Virus genome (UHGV): UHGV-0213571
DNA length: 39,653 nucleotides
Direction: 5' to 3' (one strand)
Origin: a virus
Shown here piece by piece: positions 1-10,091 of the stretch. The position numbers and the translations under genes were made by a program. Each line of letters begins with the position of its first letter. Positions within the stretch are counted from its first letter, which is position 1. The notes beneath the pieces were generated by a model. That model was not told the DNA's origin, made no database searches, and saw nothing but the letters and a program-made list of their open reading frames with translations.

Positions 1-891
1 ATGGGCGTCGTTAAGTTAGCTGATTACAGGCATAACCCTGTACAACATCAGGAGGCATCCAGTATGGGGTATGTCTCTATACACCGCCAGTTTATGGACA
101 GCAGGCTCTATAAGGACTCTCAGGCAGTACATCTTTGGCTTCACTTAATCCTCAAGGCTAATCACGAATCTACTGTCGTCAATACGGATATCGGGCCGAT
201 AACTGTTGATCGCGGTCAGATGATAACTGGACGCCCGTCGCTGGTCAGAGAAACATTCATCCCCGACAACAAAGTTCGGAGCTTATTACGGACTTTTGAG
301 TCGAAAGGGATGCTTAATATTTGCTCGATGGGGAAGAAATTTAGCCTGTTTACAATCGTTAAATATGACGATTTTCAGGCAAAAAATTGTCCAACGGTTG
401 TCCAACGGTTGTCCAACGCAAACACCAGTAATGGCGCGTCTCTCAGCGGAGATTGTCCAACGGTTGTCCAACGGTTGTCCATAAACAATAATATAAATAA
501 TATCTCTAATACTGACGTATTAGAGAGTGCCACAGCAGACAAAAAGTCTGACAAGAAAAAACCTTCCGTCAGCTGTCAGGATGTTGTCGATGCTTACCAC
601 GAAATCCTTCCTGAAGCTCCAAGAATCCGCGCACTGAATGACAAGCGTAAAAACCAGATCCGAACGTTCTGGCGCAAAGCCGGAGTGATAACCCGCCAGC
701 TTGACGGGCATGGGTTCACGATGCAGGACTGGAGAAATTATTTGAGCTACGTTGGCGAAAATTGCCGATGGATGTTCGAAGAGCGCCCAAACCATCAACG
801 CGGAACCGTCTGGCACAAAAAGGGATTTGATTTCCTGCTTAACGATAATACCTACCTGAAAGTTCGTGAGGGTGAACACGATGACCGATAA
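1..891 (+). CDS. Replication initiator protein (lambda O-like), probably 5'-truncated by window edge
   Basis: 296-aa ORF immediately upstream of and overlapping a DnaB-like helicase gene; contains tandem iterons (encoding repeated CPTVVQRLS peptide) followed by an AT-rich stretch, as in lambda O/ori. Confidence 0.7.
   Translation: MGVVKLADYRHNPVQHQEASSMGYVSIHRQFMDSRLYKDSQAVHLWLHLILKANHESTVVNTDIGPITVDRGQMITGRPSLVRETFIPDNKVRSLLRTFESKGMLNICSMGKKFSLFTIVKYDDFQAKNCPTVVQRLSNANTSNGASLSGDCPTVVQRLSINNNINNISNTDVLESATADKKSDKKKPSVSCQDVVDAYHEILPEAPRIRALNDKRKNQIRTFWRKAGVITRQLDGHGFTMQDWRNYLSYVGENCRWMFEERPNHQRGTVWHKKGFDFLLNDNTYLKVREGEHDDR
387..520. repeat. Candidate origin of replication: two clusters of three tandem 11-bp iterons (TTGTCCAACGG) at 387-419 and 453-485, followed by AT-rich putative unwinding element (481-520)
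   Basis: Direct repeats visible in sequence inside the initiator gene; arrangement parallels lambda ori inside gene O. Confidence 0.7.
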
Positions 892-2317
892 TTTTTATGC
901 GCCGCCCCATAGCATCGAGGCAGAGCAGGCGGTGATTGGTGGATTGCTTCTGGATGATGACAGCAGTGAGCGCGTCCAGAAAGTTCTGGCGATGCTGAAG
1001 CCCGATTCATTTTACAGCCGACCACACAAAATCCTTTTCGAAGAAATAACCAGAATGCACCGGGAGCAAAAGCCAGTAGATGGCCTGACGCTTTTCGATG
1101 AACTGGAGCGTAAATCGTTAACGGCGTCTGTTGGCGGTTTTGCTTATATCGCTGAGATCGCAAAGAACACGCCGAGCGCCGCAAACATCGTTGCCTATGC
1201 AATGCAGGTTCGCGAAACCGCAATGGAACGCTACGCCATAAACCGCATGACTGAAGCGACGGAATTGCTCTATTCCCGCAACGGAATGACTGCAACGCAG
1301 AAGTACGAAGCTATTCAGGCGATTTTCACGCAACTGACAGACCATGCAAAAACCGGATCGCGTCGCGGCCTTCGCTCATTTGGTGAGGTCATGGAAGACT
1401 GGGTTAGCGACCTTGAGAAGCGATTTGACCCGTCAGGCGAACAACGAGGAATGAGCACAGGGATCCCATCGCTGGACAGGATGCTGTCACCGAAAGGTCT
1501 GGTGAAAGGCTCTCTGTTTGTCATTGGCGCTCGCCCTAAGATGGGGAAAACGACGCTATACAGCCAGATGGCAATCAACTGCGCAGTGCATGAGAAAAAG
1601 CCCGCTCTGATGTTCAGCCTTGAAATGCCAGGTGACCAGATACTGGAAAAACTGGTAGGGCAGAAGTCTGGTGTTAACCCGAATATTTTTTACCTTCCGG
1701 CGACAAATGACGCTGATGACGGCTATCAGGGTGATTACGATGGTGACTTCAACAGGGCGATCGAAACAGCCAATCGCTTGAGTGAAATCGACCTGCTTTA
1801 CATCGACGACACGCCGGGATTATCTCTGGCTCAAATCGTCAGCGAAAGTCGTCGAATCAAGCGAGAAAAAGGATGTGTTGGCATGATTCTGGTCGATTAC
1901 CTGACACTAATGACCGCTGAGAAGGCCGATCGCAACGACCTTGCTTACGGCATGATCACCAAAGGACTGAAGAACCTTGCCAAAGAGCTTGATTGCGTTG
2001 TTGTGCTTCTGACGCAGCTTAACCGCGCACTGGAAAGCAGAACCAATAAACGCCCATTACCAAGTGACTCACGAGATACAGGGCAGATTGAACAGGATTG
2101 CGATTATTGGGTCGGGATCCATCGTGAAGGCGCTTTTGATGACAGTGTTCCACCTGGTGAAACTGAACTAATCCTTCGTCTCAATCGTCATGGCAATACC
2201 GGCACGGTGTATTGCATTCAGGCAAATGGCGCTATTTATGACACAGACCAACAGTCTGCTGAAATGCGCCGACGTGAACGCGAGGAACCGCAGTCCAAGA
2301 AGAAAGGAGGATTCTGA
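881..2317 (+). CDS. Replicative DNA helicase, DnaB family (P22 gene 12-like)
   Basis: 479-aa product with DnaB N-terminal domain (IEAEQAVIGGLL) and RecA-like ATPase core with Walker A (GARPKMGKT); ATG at 881 preceded by GAGGGTG; overlaps initiator stop. Confidence 0.85.
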   Translation: MTDNFYAPPHSIEAEQAVIGGLLLDDDSSERVQKVLAMLKPDSFYSRPHKILFEEITRMHREQKPVDGLTLFDELERKSLTASVGGFAYIAEIAKNTPSAANIVAYAMQVRETAMERYAINRMTEATELLYSRNGMTATQKYEAIQAIFTQLTDHAKTGSRRGLRSFGEVMEDWVSDLEKRFDPSGEQRGMSTGIPSLDRMLSPKGLVKGSLFVIGARPKMGKTTLYSQMAINCAVHEKKPALMFSLEMPGDQILEKLVGQKSGVNPNIFYLPATNDADDGYQGDYDGDFNRAIETANRLSEIDLLYIDDTPGLSLAQIVSESRRIKREKGCVGMILVDYLTLMTAEKADRNDLAYGMITKGLKNLAKELDCVVVLLTQLNRALESRTNKRPLPSDSRDTGQIEQDCDYWVGIHREGAFDDSVPPGETELILRLNRHGNTGTVYCIQANGAIYDTDQQSAEMRRREREEPQSKKKGGF

Positions 2318-2345
2318 TGACCATCTACATCACTAAGCTAATAAC

Positions 2346-2376
2346 AGGCCTGCTGGTAATCGCAGGCCTTTTTATT
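2346..2376 (+). terminator. Rho-independent terminator between helicase and nin genes (tR2-like position)
   Basis: Hairpin AGGCCTGC-TGGTAATC-GCAGGCCT followed by TTTTATT. Confidence 0.5.
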
Positions 2377-2393
2377 TGGGGGAGAGGGAAGTC

Positions 2394-2834
2394 ATGAAAA
2401 AACTAACCTTTGAAATTCGATCTCCAGCACATCAGCAAAACGCTATTCACGCAGTACAGCAAATCCTTCCAGACCCAACCAAACCAATCGTAGTAACCAT
2501 TCAGGAACGCAACCGCAGCTTAGACCAGAATCGAAAGCTTTGGGCTTGCCTTGGTGACGTCTCTCGTCAGGTTGAATGGCATGGTCGCTGGCTGGATGCA
2601 GAAAGCTGGAAGTGTGTGTTTACCGCAGCATTAAAGCAGCAGGACGTTGTTCCTAACCTTGCCGGGAATGGCTTTGTGGTAATAGGCCAGTCAACCAGCA
2701 GGATGCGTGTAAGCGAATTTGCGGAGCTATTAGAGCTTATACAGGCATTCGGTACAGAGCGTGGCGTTAAGTGGTCAGACGAAGCGCGACTGGCTCTGGA
2801 GTGGAAAGCGAGATGGGGAGATCGGGCTGCATGA
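2394..2834 (+). CDS. ninB: NinB recombination protein (Orf family)
   Basis: Product MKKLTFEIRSPAHQQNAI... recognised as lambda NinB-like; first gene of nin block after the terminator. Confidence 0.8.
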   Translation: MKKLTFEIRSPAHQQNAIHAVQQILPDPTKPIVVTIQERNRSLDQNRKLWACLGDVSRQVEWHGRWLDAESWKCVFTAALKQQDVVPNLAGNGFVVIGQSTSRMRVSEFAELLELIQAFGTERGVKWSDEARLALEWKARWGDRAA

Positions 2835-3358
2835 CTATCAAATCAAATACGCCGGCACACGACAAGGACTGCTGGCAAACGCCGCTCTGGCTTTTTGATG
2901 CGCTGGATATTGAGTTTGGATTCTGGCTGGATTCAGCTGCGAGCGACAAAAACGCTCTGTGCGCTCACTGGCTAACTGAGGCTGACGACGCGCTAAATTC
3001 TGAGTGGATAAGCCACGGTGCAATCTGGAATAACCCACCGTACAGCAATATCAGGCCGTGGGTGGAAAAAGCCGCTGAGCAGTGCATACAACAGCGACAG
3101 ACGGTAGTGATGCTTGTGCCAGAGGATATGTCTGTCGGATGGTTCAGCAAGGCTCTGGAGAGTGTTGACGAAGTTCGCATCATCACTGATGGACGGATTA
3201 ATTTTATCGAACCATCGACAGGGCTGGAGAAGAAGGGAAACAGCAAAGGCTCAATGTTGCTGATTTGGCGACCGTTCATCAGTCCTCGACGGATGTTTAC
3301 TACCGTATCCAAAGCGGCATTGATGGCGATCGGGCTGGGCGTCAGGAGGGCTGCATGA
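2831..3358 (+). CDS. Phage-type DNA N6-adenine methyltransferase (Dam-like)
   Basis: Product contains NPPY catalytic motif ([11 protein letters not shown]) typical of N6-adenine MTases; ATGA overlap with ninB stop. Confidence 0.75.
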   Translation: MTIKSNTPAHDKDCWQTPLWLFDALDIEFGFWLDSAASDKNALCAHWLTEADDALNSEWISHGAIWNNPPYSNIRPWVEKAAEQCIQQRQTVVMLVPEDMSVGWFSKALESVDEVRIITDGRINFIEPSTGLEKKGNSKGSMLLIWRPFISPRRMFTTVSKAALMAIGLGVRRAA

Positions 3359-3531
3359 GGCGACAGCGACGAAGTATCACCGACATAATCTGTGAAAACT
3401 GCAAATACCTTCCAACGAAACGCTCCAGAAATAAACGCAAGCCAATCCCAAAAGAATCTGACGTAAAAACCTTCAACTACACGGCTCACCTGTGGGATAT
3501 CCGGTGGCTAAGACATCGTGCGAGGAAATGA
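3355..3531 (+). CDS. ninE: NinE-like small protein
   Basis: 58-aa product [40 protein letters not shown]... recognised as lambda NinE-like; AGGAGG RBS upstream; ATGA overlap with upstream stop. Confidence 0.55.
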   Translation: MRRQRRSITDIICENCKYLPTKRSRNKRKPIPKESDVKTFNYTAHLWDIRWLRHRARK

Positions 3532-3533
3532 CG

Positions 3534-4538
3534 ATGACTGCGTATTACAACGAAATAGATCCGTATGCAGCGCAATGGCTGCGTAACTTAATTGACGCTG
3601 GAGAAATTGCCCCCGGTTATGTAGATGAAAGGAGTATTGAAGATGTCACACCAGGTGATTTGCGAGGATTTACCCAGCACCACTTTTTTGCAGGAATCGG
3701 AGTTTGGAGCTATGCACTTAGAAAAGCAGGATGGCCAGACAACAAGAGTATCTGGACAGGAAGTTGCCCATGCCAACCTTTCAGCTCGGCAGGCAAAGGA
3801 AAAGGGGTTGATGACGAGCGGCACTTATGGCCGGCATTCTTCTGGCTTATTGAAAAATGCAATCCTGGCATCGTTATTGGCGAACAGGTTGCAAGCGCAG
3901 ACGGCCTCGCTTGGCTCGACCTTGTACAAACTGACTTGGAAGGTGCGAACTACACCTCTGCAGGTACCGATATTTGCGCTGCGGGCTTCGGTTCTCCGCA
4001 CATCAGGCAGCGATTGTATTGGGTGGCCTACTCCAACGACAAATATCAACTTTCAGCCAGAGACGCGCAGGGGAATTCAGAACCTATCTGGATGCGTGAG
4101 ACTAGCGGGATGGCAAACTCCTTTAGCGAACGATGCAACAGGTTCAACGCATTGCTACAGCGGAAAAGACAAGAGCGGAACCCCAAGAATCTGCTTGAAA
4201 CTTCCCGGGACGGTGAAGCTATGTACCCATTACCGGTTAACGGCTTCTGGAGAGATGCAGACTGGCTTTACTGTAGAGATGAAAAATATCGTCCAGTTAG
4301 ACCCGGCTCATTCCCGATGGTTAATGGCATTGCCAAAAGCTTGGGACGAGGCAAGTCCACACTGGGAAGAATGGCAAAGCGCAATCAAGATCAGCGAATT
4401 ATTGGATATGGAAACGCAATCAATGCAGAAGTAGCAACGGCATTCGTGAAAGTTTGTATGGAGGTTGTTAATGCTTATCCCATCCCAATCCCTTCAATAC
4501 CAGAAAGAAAGCGTCGAGCGGGCTTTAACGTGCGCTAA
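3534..4538 (+). CDS. DNA cytosine-5 methyltransferase (Dcm-like, orphan)
   Basis: Motif I-like FAGIGVWS and motif IV PCQPFSSAGKGKG (catalytic Cys in PCQ); no adjacent restriction endonuclease gene visible; start could also be 3528. Confidence 0.7.
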   Translation: MTAYYNEIDPYAAQWLRNLIDAGEIAPGYVDERSIEDVTPGDLRGFTQHHFFAGIGVWSYALRKAGWPDNKSIWTGSCPCQPFSSAGKGKGVDDERHLWPAFFWLIEKCNPGIVIGEQVASADGLAWLDLVQTDLEGANYTSAGTDICAAGFGSPHIRQRLYWVAYSNDKYQLSARDAQGNSEPIWMRETSGMANSFSERCNRFNALLQRKRQERNPKNLLETSRDGEAMYPLPVNGFWRDADWLYCRDEKYRPVRPGSFPMVNGIAKSLGRGKSTLGRMAKRNQDQRIIGYGNAINAEVATAFVKVCMEVVNAYPIPIPSIPERKRRAGFNVR

Positions 4539-4647
4539 CTGCGGTCAGAAGCTGCATGTGCTGGAAGTTCACGTGTGTGAGCACTGCTGCGCAGAACTGA
4601 TGAGCGATCCGAATAGCTCAATGTACGAGGAAGAAGACGATGGCTAA
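4471..4647 (+). CDS. ninF: NinF-like small zinc-binding protein
   Basis: Product ...[46 protein letters not shown]... recognised as lambda NinF-like; GGAGG RBS 6 nt upstream of ATG 4471; overlaps 3' end of the C5-MTase ORF in another frame. Confidence 0.6.
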   Translation: MLIPSQSLQYQKESVERALTCANCGQKLHVLEVHVCEHCCAELMSDPNSSMYEEEDDG

Positions 4648-5251
4648 ACCAGCGCGAAGACGATGTAAAAACGATGAATGTCGGGAATGGTTTCACCCTG
4701 CATTCGCTAATCAGTGGTGGTGCTCTCCAGAGTGTGGAACCAAGATAGCACTCGAACGACGAAGTAAAGAACGCGAAAAAGCGGAAAAAGCAGCAGAGAA
4801 GAAACGACGACGAGAGGATCAGAAACAGAAAGATAAACTTAAGATTCGAAAACTCGCCTTAAAGCCCCGCAGTTACTGGATTAAACAAGCCCAACAAGCC
4901 GTAAACGCCTTCATCAGAGAAAGAGACCGCGACTTACCATGTATCTCGTGCGGAACGCTCACGTCTGCTCAGTGGGATGCCGGCCATTACCGGACAACTG
5001 CTGCGGCACCTCAACTCCGATTTGATGAACGCAATATTCACAAGCAATGCGTGGTGTGCAACCAGCACAAAAGCGGAAATCTCGTTCCGTATCGCGTCGA
5101 ACTGATTAGCCGCATCGGGCAGGAAGCAGTAGACGAAATCGAATCAAACCATAACCGCCATCGCTGGACTATCGAAGAGTGCAAGGCGATCAAGGCAGAG
5201 TACCAACAGAAACTCAAAGACCTGCGAAATAGCAGAAGTGAGGCCGCATGA
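4640..5251 (+). CDS. ninG: NinG (Rap) recombination-associated endonuclease
   Basis: 203-aa Cys-rich product recognised as lambda NinG/Rap-like. Confidence 0.8.
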   Translation: MAKPARRRCKNDECREWFHPAFANQWWCSPECGTKIALERRSKEREKAEKAAEKKRRREDQKQKDKLKIRKLALKPRSYWIKQAQQAVNAFIRERDRDLPCISCGTLTSAQWDAGHYRTTAAAPQLRFDERNIHKQCVVCNQHKSGNLVPYRVELISRIGQEAVDEIESNHNRHRWTIEECKAIKAEYQQKLKDLRNSRSEAA

Positions 5252-5454
5252 CGTTCTCAGTAAAAACCATTCCAGACATGCTCGTTGAAGCATACGGAAA
5301 CCAGACAGAAGTAGCACGCAGACTGAAATGTAGTCGCGGTACGGTCAGAAAATACGTTGATGATAAAGACGGGAAAATGCACGCCATCGTCAACGACGTT
5401 CTCATGGTTCATCGCGGATGGAGTGAAAGAGATGCGCTATTACGAAAGAATTGA
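5248..5454 (+). CDS. ninH: NinH-like protein
   Basis: 68-aa product with HTH-like segment ([18 protein letters not shown]); position between ninG and phosphatase as in lambda. Confidence 0.65.
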   Translation: MTFSVKTIPDMLVEAYGNQTEVARRLKCSRGTVRKYVDDKDGKMHAIVNDVLMVHRGWSERDALLRKN

Positions 5455-6097
5455 TGGCAGCAAATACCGAAATATTTGGGTAGTTGGCGATCTGCACGGA
5501 TGCTACACGAACCTGATGAAAAAACTGGAGACGATAGGATTCGACACCAAAAAAGACCTGCTTATCTCGGTTGGCGATTTGGTTGATCGCGGTACAGAGA
5601 ACGTCGAATGCCTGGAATTAATCACATTCCCCTGGTTCAGAGCTGTACGTGGAAACCATGAGCAAATGATGATTGATGGCTTGTCAGAGCGTGGAAACGT
5701 CAATCACTGGCTGCTTAATGGCGGTGGCTGGTTCTTTAATCTCGATTACGACAAAGAAATTCTGGCTAAAGCTCTTGCCCATAAAGCAGGTGAACTTCCG
5801 TTAATCATCGAACTGGTGAGCAAAGGTAAAAAATATGTCATCTGCCACGCCGATTATCCTTGTGATAAATACGAGTTTGGAAAGCCAGTTGATCATCAGC
5901 AGGTAATCTGGAACCGCGAACGAATCAGCAACTCACAAGACGGGATCGTGAAAGAAATCAAAGGCGCGGACACGTTCATCTTTGGTCATACGCCAGCAGT
6001 GAAACCACTCAAGTTTTCCAACCAGATGTATATCGATACCGGCGCAGTGTTCTGCGGAAATCTCACATTGATTCAGGTACAGGGAGAAGGCGCATGA
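5432..6097 (+). CDS. ninI: Ser/Thr protein phosphatase (lambda NinI / PP-lambda family)
   Basis: Metallophosphatase motifs GDLHG, GDLVDRG, GNHE present; start ATG 5432 chosen by RBS and homology. Confidence 0.85.
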   Translation: MRYYERIDGSKYRNIWVVGDLHGCYTNLMKKLETIGFDTKKDLLISVGDLVDRGTENVECLELITFPWFRAVRGNHEQMMIDGLSERGNVNHWLLNGGGWFFNLDYDKEILAKALAHKAGELPLIIELVSKGKKYVICHADYPCDKYEFGKPVDHQQVIWNRERISNSQDGIVKEIKGADTFIFGHTPAVKPLKFSNQMYIDTGAVFCGNLTLIQVQGEGA

Positions 6098-6717
6098 GAC
6101 TCGAAAGCGTAGCTAAATTTCATTCGCCAAAAAGCCCGATGATGAGCGACTCACCACGGGCTACGGCTTCTGACTCTCTTTCCGGTACTGATGTGATGGC
6201 TGCTATGGGGATGGCGCAATCACAAGCCGGATTCGGTATGGCTGCATTCTGCGGTAAGCACGAACTCAGCCAGAACGACAAACAAAAGGCTATCAACTAT
6301 CTGATGCAATTTGCACACAAGGTATCGGGGAAATACCGTGGTGTGGCAAAGCTTGAAGGAAATACTAAGGCAAAGGTACTGCAAGTGCTCGCAACATTCG
6401 CTTATGCGGATTATTGCCGTAGTGCCGCGACGCCGGGGGCAAGATGCAGAGATTGCCACGGTACAGGTCGTGCGGTTGATATAGCCAAAACAGAGCAGTG
6501 GGGGAGAGTTGTTGAGAAAGAGTGCGGAAGATGCAAAGGCGTCGGCTATTCCAGGATGCCAGCAAGCGCCGCATATCGCGCTGTAACGATGCTAATCCCA
6601 AACCTTACCCAACCCACCTGGTCACGCACTGTTAAGCCGCTGTATGACGCTCTGGTGGTGCAATGCCACAAAGAAGAGTCAATCGCAGACAACATTTTGA
6701 ATGAGGTCACACGTTAG
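6094..6717 (+). CDS. Q: Late-gene antiterminator Q (lambda-type)
   Basis: 207-aa product [21 protein letters not shown]... appears near-identical to lambda Q from memory; followed by pR'/qut-like region. Confidence 0.85.
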   Translation: MRLESVAKFHSPKSPMMSDSPRATASDSLSGTDVMAAMGMAQSQAGFGMAAFCGKHELSQNDKQKAINYLMQFAHKVSGKYRGVAKLEGNTKAKVLQVLATFAYADYCRSAATPGARCRDCHGTGRAVDIAKTEQWGRVVEKECGRCKGVGYSRMPASAAYRAVTMLIPNLTQPTWSRTVKPLYDALVVQCHKEESIADNILNEVTR

Positions 6718-6759
6718 CAGCATGATTGCCACGGATGGCAACATATTAACAGCATAATA

Positions 6760-6789
6760 TTGACTTTTTGAATAAAGTTGGGTAAATTT
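6760..6789 (+). promoter_or_regulatory. Late promoter pR' (-35 TTGACT 6760-6765, -10 TAAATT 6784-6789) with overlapping qut region
   Basis: Sequence TTGACTTTTTGAATAAAGTTGGGTAAATTTGACTC matches remembered lambda pR' region; consensus-like hexamers with 18-bp spacer. Confidence 0.6.
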
Positions 6790-6796
6790 GACTCAA

Positions 6797-6988
6797 CGAT
6801 GGGTTAATTCGCTCGTTGTGGTAGTGAGATGAAAAGAGGCGGCGCTTACTACCGATTCCGCCTAGTTGGTCACTTCGACGTATCGTCTGGAACTCCAACC
6901 ATCGCAGGCTGAGAGGTCTGCAAAATGCAATCCCGAAACAGTTCGCAGGTAATAGTTAGAGCCTGCATAACGGTTTCGGGATTTTTTA
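6797..6988 (+). ncRNA. Short constitutive late leader transcript (lambda 6S RNA equivalent) ending at tR'
   Basis: Region between pR' and strong terminator; matches lambda arrangement; boundaries approximate. Confidence 0.45.
6932..6988 (+). terminator. tR' rho-independent terminator
   Basis: CCCGAAAC ... GTTTCGGG hairpin (with nested GCAGG..CCTGC) followed by TTTTTTAT. Confidence 0.65.
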
Positions 6989-7385
6989 TATCTGTGCAAC
7001 AGGTAAGAGCATTCTCCCTTATGGGGCTTGGCTTAAATGCACCGAGTGCTCTTTCCGTTGTGCTGAATTAAGCGAATACCGGAAGCAGAACCGGATCAAC
7101 AAATGCGTACAGGCGTCATCGCCGCCCAGCAACAGCACAACCCAAACTGAGCCGTAGCCACTGGCTATCCTGAATTCATCAGTGATAGTTACGCTGCGGC
7201 CTTCTACACATGATCTTCGTGAAAGCGGGCGGCATGAGGTTGCGCTAACAACCTCCTGCCGTTTTGCCCGTGCATATCGGTCACGAACAAATCTGATTAC
7301 TAAACACAGTAGCCTGGATTTGTTCTATCAGTAATCGACCTTATTCCTAATTAAATAGAGCAAATCCCCTTATTGGGGGTAAGAC

Positions 7386-7709
7386 ATGAAGATGCCAGAA
7401 AAACATGACCTGTTAGCCGCCATTCTCGCGGCAAAGGAACAAGGCATCGGGGCAATCCTTGCGTTTGCAATGGCGTACCTTCGCGGCAGATATAATGGCG
7501 GTGCGTTTACAAAAACAGTAATCGACGCAACGATGTGCGCCATTATCGCCTGGTTCATTCGTGACCTTCTCGACTTCGCCGGACTAAGTAGCAATCTCGC
7601 TTATATAACGAGCGTGTTCATCGGCTACATCGGTACTGACTCGATTGGTTCGCTTATCAAACGCTTCGCTGCTAAAAAAGCCGGAGTAGAAGATGGTGGA
7701 AATCAATAA
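7386..7709 (+). CDS. S: Holin S (class I, dual-start S107/S105)
   Basis: Product [22 protein letters not shown]... recognised as lambda S; Met1-Lys-Met3 dual start motif present. Confidence 0.9.
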   Translation: MKMPEKHDLLAAILAAKEQGIGAILAFAMAYLRGRYNGGAFTKTVIDATMCAIIAWFIRDLLDFAGLSSNLAYITSVFIGYIGTDSIGSLIKRFAAKKAGVEDGGNQ

Positions 7710-8169
7710 TCAACGTAAGGCGTTCCTCGATATGCTGGCGTGGTCAGAGGGGACTGATAACGGACGTCAGAAAACCAGAAATCATGGTTATGACGTCATT
7801 GTTGGCGGAGAGCTATTCACTGATTACTCCGATCACCCTCGCAAACTTGTCACGCTAAACCCCAAACTCAAATCAACAGCAGCCGGACGTTACCAGCTTC
7901 TTTCCCGTTGGTGGGATGCCTATCGTAAGCAGCTTGGCCTGAAAGACTTCTCTCCGAAAAGCCAGGACGCTGTGGCACTGCAACAGATTAAAGAGCGTGG
8001 CGCTTTACCGATGATTGACCGCGGTGATATTCGTCAGGCTATCGACCGTTGCAGCAATATCTGGGCTTCACTGCCGGGCGCTGGTTATGGTCAGTTCGAG
8101 CATAAGGCTGACAGCCTGATTGCAAAATTCAAAGAAGCTGGCGGAACGGTCAGAGAGATTGAGGTATGA
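7693..8169 (+). CDS. R: Endolysin R (lytic transglycosylase)
   Basis: 158-aa product [24 protein letters not shown]... recognised as lambda R. Confidence 0.9.
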   Translation: MVEINNQRKAFLDMLAWSEGTDNGRQKTRNHGYDVIVGGELFTDYSDHPRKLVTLNPKLKSTAAGRYQLLSRWWDAYRKQLGLKDFSPKSQDAVALQQIKERGALPMIDRGDIRQAIDRCSNIWASLPGAGYGQFEHKADSLIAKFKEAGGTVREIEV

Positions 8170-8633
8170 GCAGAGTAACCGCGATTATCTCCGCTCTGGT
8201 TATCTGCATCATCGTCTGCCTGTTATGGGCTGTTAATCATTACCGTGATAACGCCATCGCCTACAAAGAACAGCGCGATAACAAGGCCAGTGAACTGGAG
8301 AAGGCGAACGCCACCATTACTGACATGCAGCAGCGCCAGCGTGATGCTGATGCACTCGATGATAAATACACGAAGGAGTTAGCTGATGCGAAAGCTGAAA
8401 ATGATGCTCTTCGGCGCAAGCTTGATAATGGTGGTCGGGTGCTCGTCAAAGGAAAATGCCCTGTGCCATCCTCAACCGAAACCTCCAGCGCCTCCGGCAT
8501 GGGCAATGATGCCACCGTCGAACTCTCTCCAGTTGCTGGACGAAACGTTCTCGGTGTCCGGGACGGAATTATCCGCGACCAAACAGCACTGAGAACGCTT
8601 CAGGAATATATCAGGACGCAATGCCTTCGATGA
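8166..8633 (+). CDS. Rz: Spanin inner-membrane subunit Rz
   Basis: N-terminal TM segment plus coiled-coil; lambda Rz-like N-terminus with divergent C-terminus. Confidence 0.8.
   Translation: MSRVTAIISALVICIIVCLLWAVNHYRDNAIAYKEQRDNKASELEKANATITDMQQRQRDADALDDKYTKELADAKAENDALRRKLDNGGRVLVKGKCPVPSSTETSSASGMGNDATVELSPVAGRNVLGVRDGIIRDQTALRTLQEYIRTQCLR
8386..8592 (+). CDS. Rz1: Spanin outer-membrane lipoprotein Rz1, embedded in +1 frame within Rz
   Basis: Signal peptide with lipobox (LIMVVGC) and proline-rich mature region; fully nested in Rz as in lambda. Confidence 0.65.
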   Translation: MRKLKMMLFGASLIMVVGCSSKENALCHPQPKPPAPPAWAMMPPSNSLQLLDETFSVSGTELSATKQH

Positions 8634-8974
8634 TAGCGATAATTTTACTCATCATCCTTCACATCTGGCTCTGTAGACAGGGTGGTGCTCACTTCTGGAG
8701 TGAATCCAGATTAAACATCTCATTGCTGATGCTTGATATTGAGCATTTTGCGCGCGGTAAGGGGCTGCGTTGAGATAAGAGCCAGTCATTACAAATACCA
8801 GGATTTAGCCTCGCATTCGCGGGGCTTTTTATATCTGAATTTCACAGCGCATCTCACGCGCATATTAACGAGAGCCTTTCAGTAAGCGAGCCTGAGAAAT
8901 GCCGTTATAGGTGGCGACCTCTCTCGGGCGGCTTTTCTGTGAGACAGGCTCACTTTCTAAAAGGTAAAGACGCT

Positions 8975-9493
8975 ATGAATCATCAATTGGCTAATCTCGA
9001 TTTCCGGGACATGGTGGTTGTTTCTGGTGATCGCGTGATCACAACCTCCCGCAAGGTAGCAGCTTACTTCGACAAGCAGCATCACCACATCATTCAGAAA
9101 ATCGAAAAGCTAGACTGTTCGGATGAATTTCTAACCAGCAACTTTTCGCGGGTTACCTATGAACACAAGGGTAATCAGTATGTTGAATATGAAATTTCCA
9201 AAGACGGCGCGATGTACATCATCATGTCGTTTACCGGCAAAAAAGCTGCCGCCATCAAAGAGGCGTTTATCAAAGCATTTAATTGGATGCGTGACAGGCT
9301 GATGGAGATGGCTCACTCATACCAAAGAGAGCACAACGAGTTAATGCTGGAGTTCATGAAGGAAAAGGATGTTGCCAGTATGTCAGGACGCTTGCTGAAC
9401 CGCTGGGGCAGGATCAAAAAACCGCAACTCATAGCAAGAATCGAAAGGCTTGAGCAGCAGGCGCAAATATCGATCCCCGGACTGCCAAAGTGA
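8975..9493 (+). CDS. rha: Rha-family phage regulatory protein
   Basis: N-terminal region (VVVSGDRVITTSRKVAAYFDKQHHHIIQKI) resembles Phage_pRha domain; position after lysis genes as in P22. Confidence 0.6.
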   Translation: MNHQLANLDFRDMVVVSGDRVITTSRKVAAYFDKQHHHIIQKIEKLDCSDEFLTSNFSRVTYEHKGNQYVEYEISKDGAMYIIMSFTGKKAAAIKEAFIKAFNWMRDRLMEMAHSYQREHNELMLEFMKEKDVASMSGRLLNRWGRIKKPQLIARIERLEQQAQISIPGLPK

Positions 9494-9846
9494 CCATTCC
9501 AAAGCCCATCTACGGGTGGGCTTGATAATGAAACCGTGATTTACATCCCCACAATCCGGGTATGTAAAAGCTGGATCATGCGAGAACGGATTTAACTCAA
9601 TCTGTGCGCCACCAGTTAACGGCAGTACCGCGAAACAACCCAAGCCAGTAAGTGGGGAAATAACACTGGCAGCCACTGAAAGATGAACCTCCAGCCTTAT
9701 GGCAAAAAAGATTCTTTGTGGTGGCGGACTGATGGAAAGACATCGGTTATTGCAGAGGCCATTCAATGAGTGGTCTCGACAATGGCTTATACCCTACACG
9801 GGATAACTTAACTGATATCCCTTTTAACGGATAAACGGAGCCAACA

Positions 9847-10089
9847 ATGGCAGAGATTATTCCCATGACTGAAGAACAGAAATTCCAGTTAGAGATTTAC
9901 AAGCTGGTCATGAACCAGAACGCAGCCGCAGAGGAAGCATTTCAATTTATTGGCACTGACGAGCTGAAGCTTGAGCTATTCAAAATTCACTTCCAGTCAG
10001 GCGGCGCTAATTCAGATATCACGACCCGCACAATCGAAGCGGTACGTAAATCGAAGGAAGCGTTAGACCTGTTCACCACAGGAGCATAA
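9847..10089 (+). CDS. Hypothetical small protein upstream of terminase
   Basis: 80-aa ORF with RBS (ACGGAG), immediately precedes TerS. Confidence 0.4.
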   Translation: MAEIIPMTEEQKFQLEIYKLVMNQNAAAEEAFQFIGTDELKLELFKIHFQSGGANSDITTRTIEAVRKSKEALDLFTTGA

Positions 10090-10091
10090 AC

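Noticed and set aside
3625-4434. 269-aa plus-strand ORF in an alternative frame within the C5-methyltransferase gene
   Set aside because: Same-strand overlapping frame; the MTase frame carries the conserved PCQ and FxGxG motifs
7236-7262. GAGGTTG-CGCTAA-CAACCTC hairpin upstream of S
   Set aside because: Hairpin is real in sequence, but lies in the conserved lambda-like leader with a weak T-tract; function not supportable from sequence alone
9383-9766. 127-aa minus-strand ORF in the rha-terminase intergenic region
   Set aside because: Opposite to surrounding late transcription, no convincing start context, overlaps 3' end of rha; region more likely regulatory
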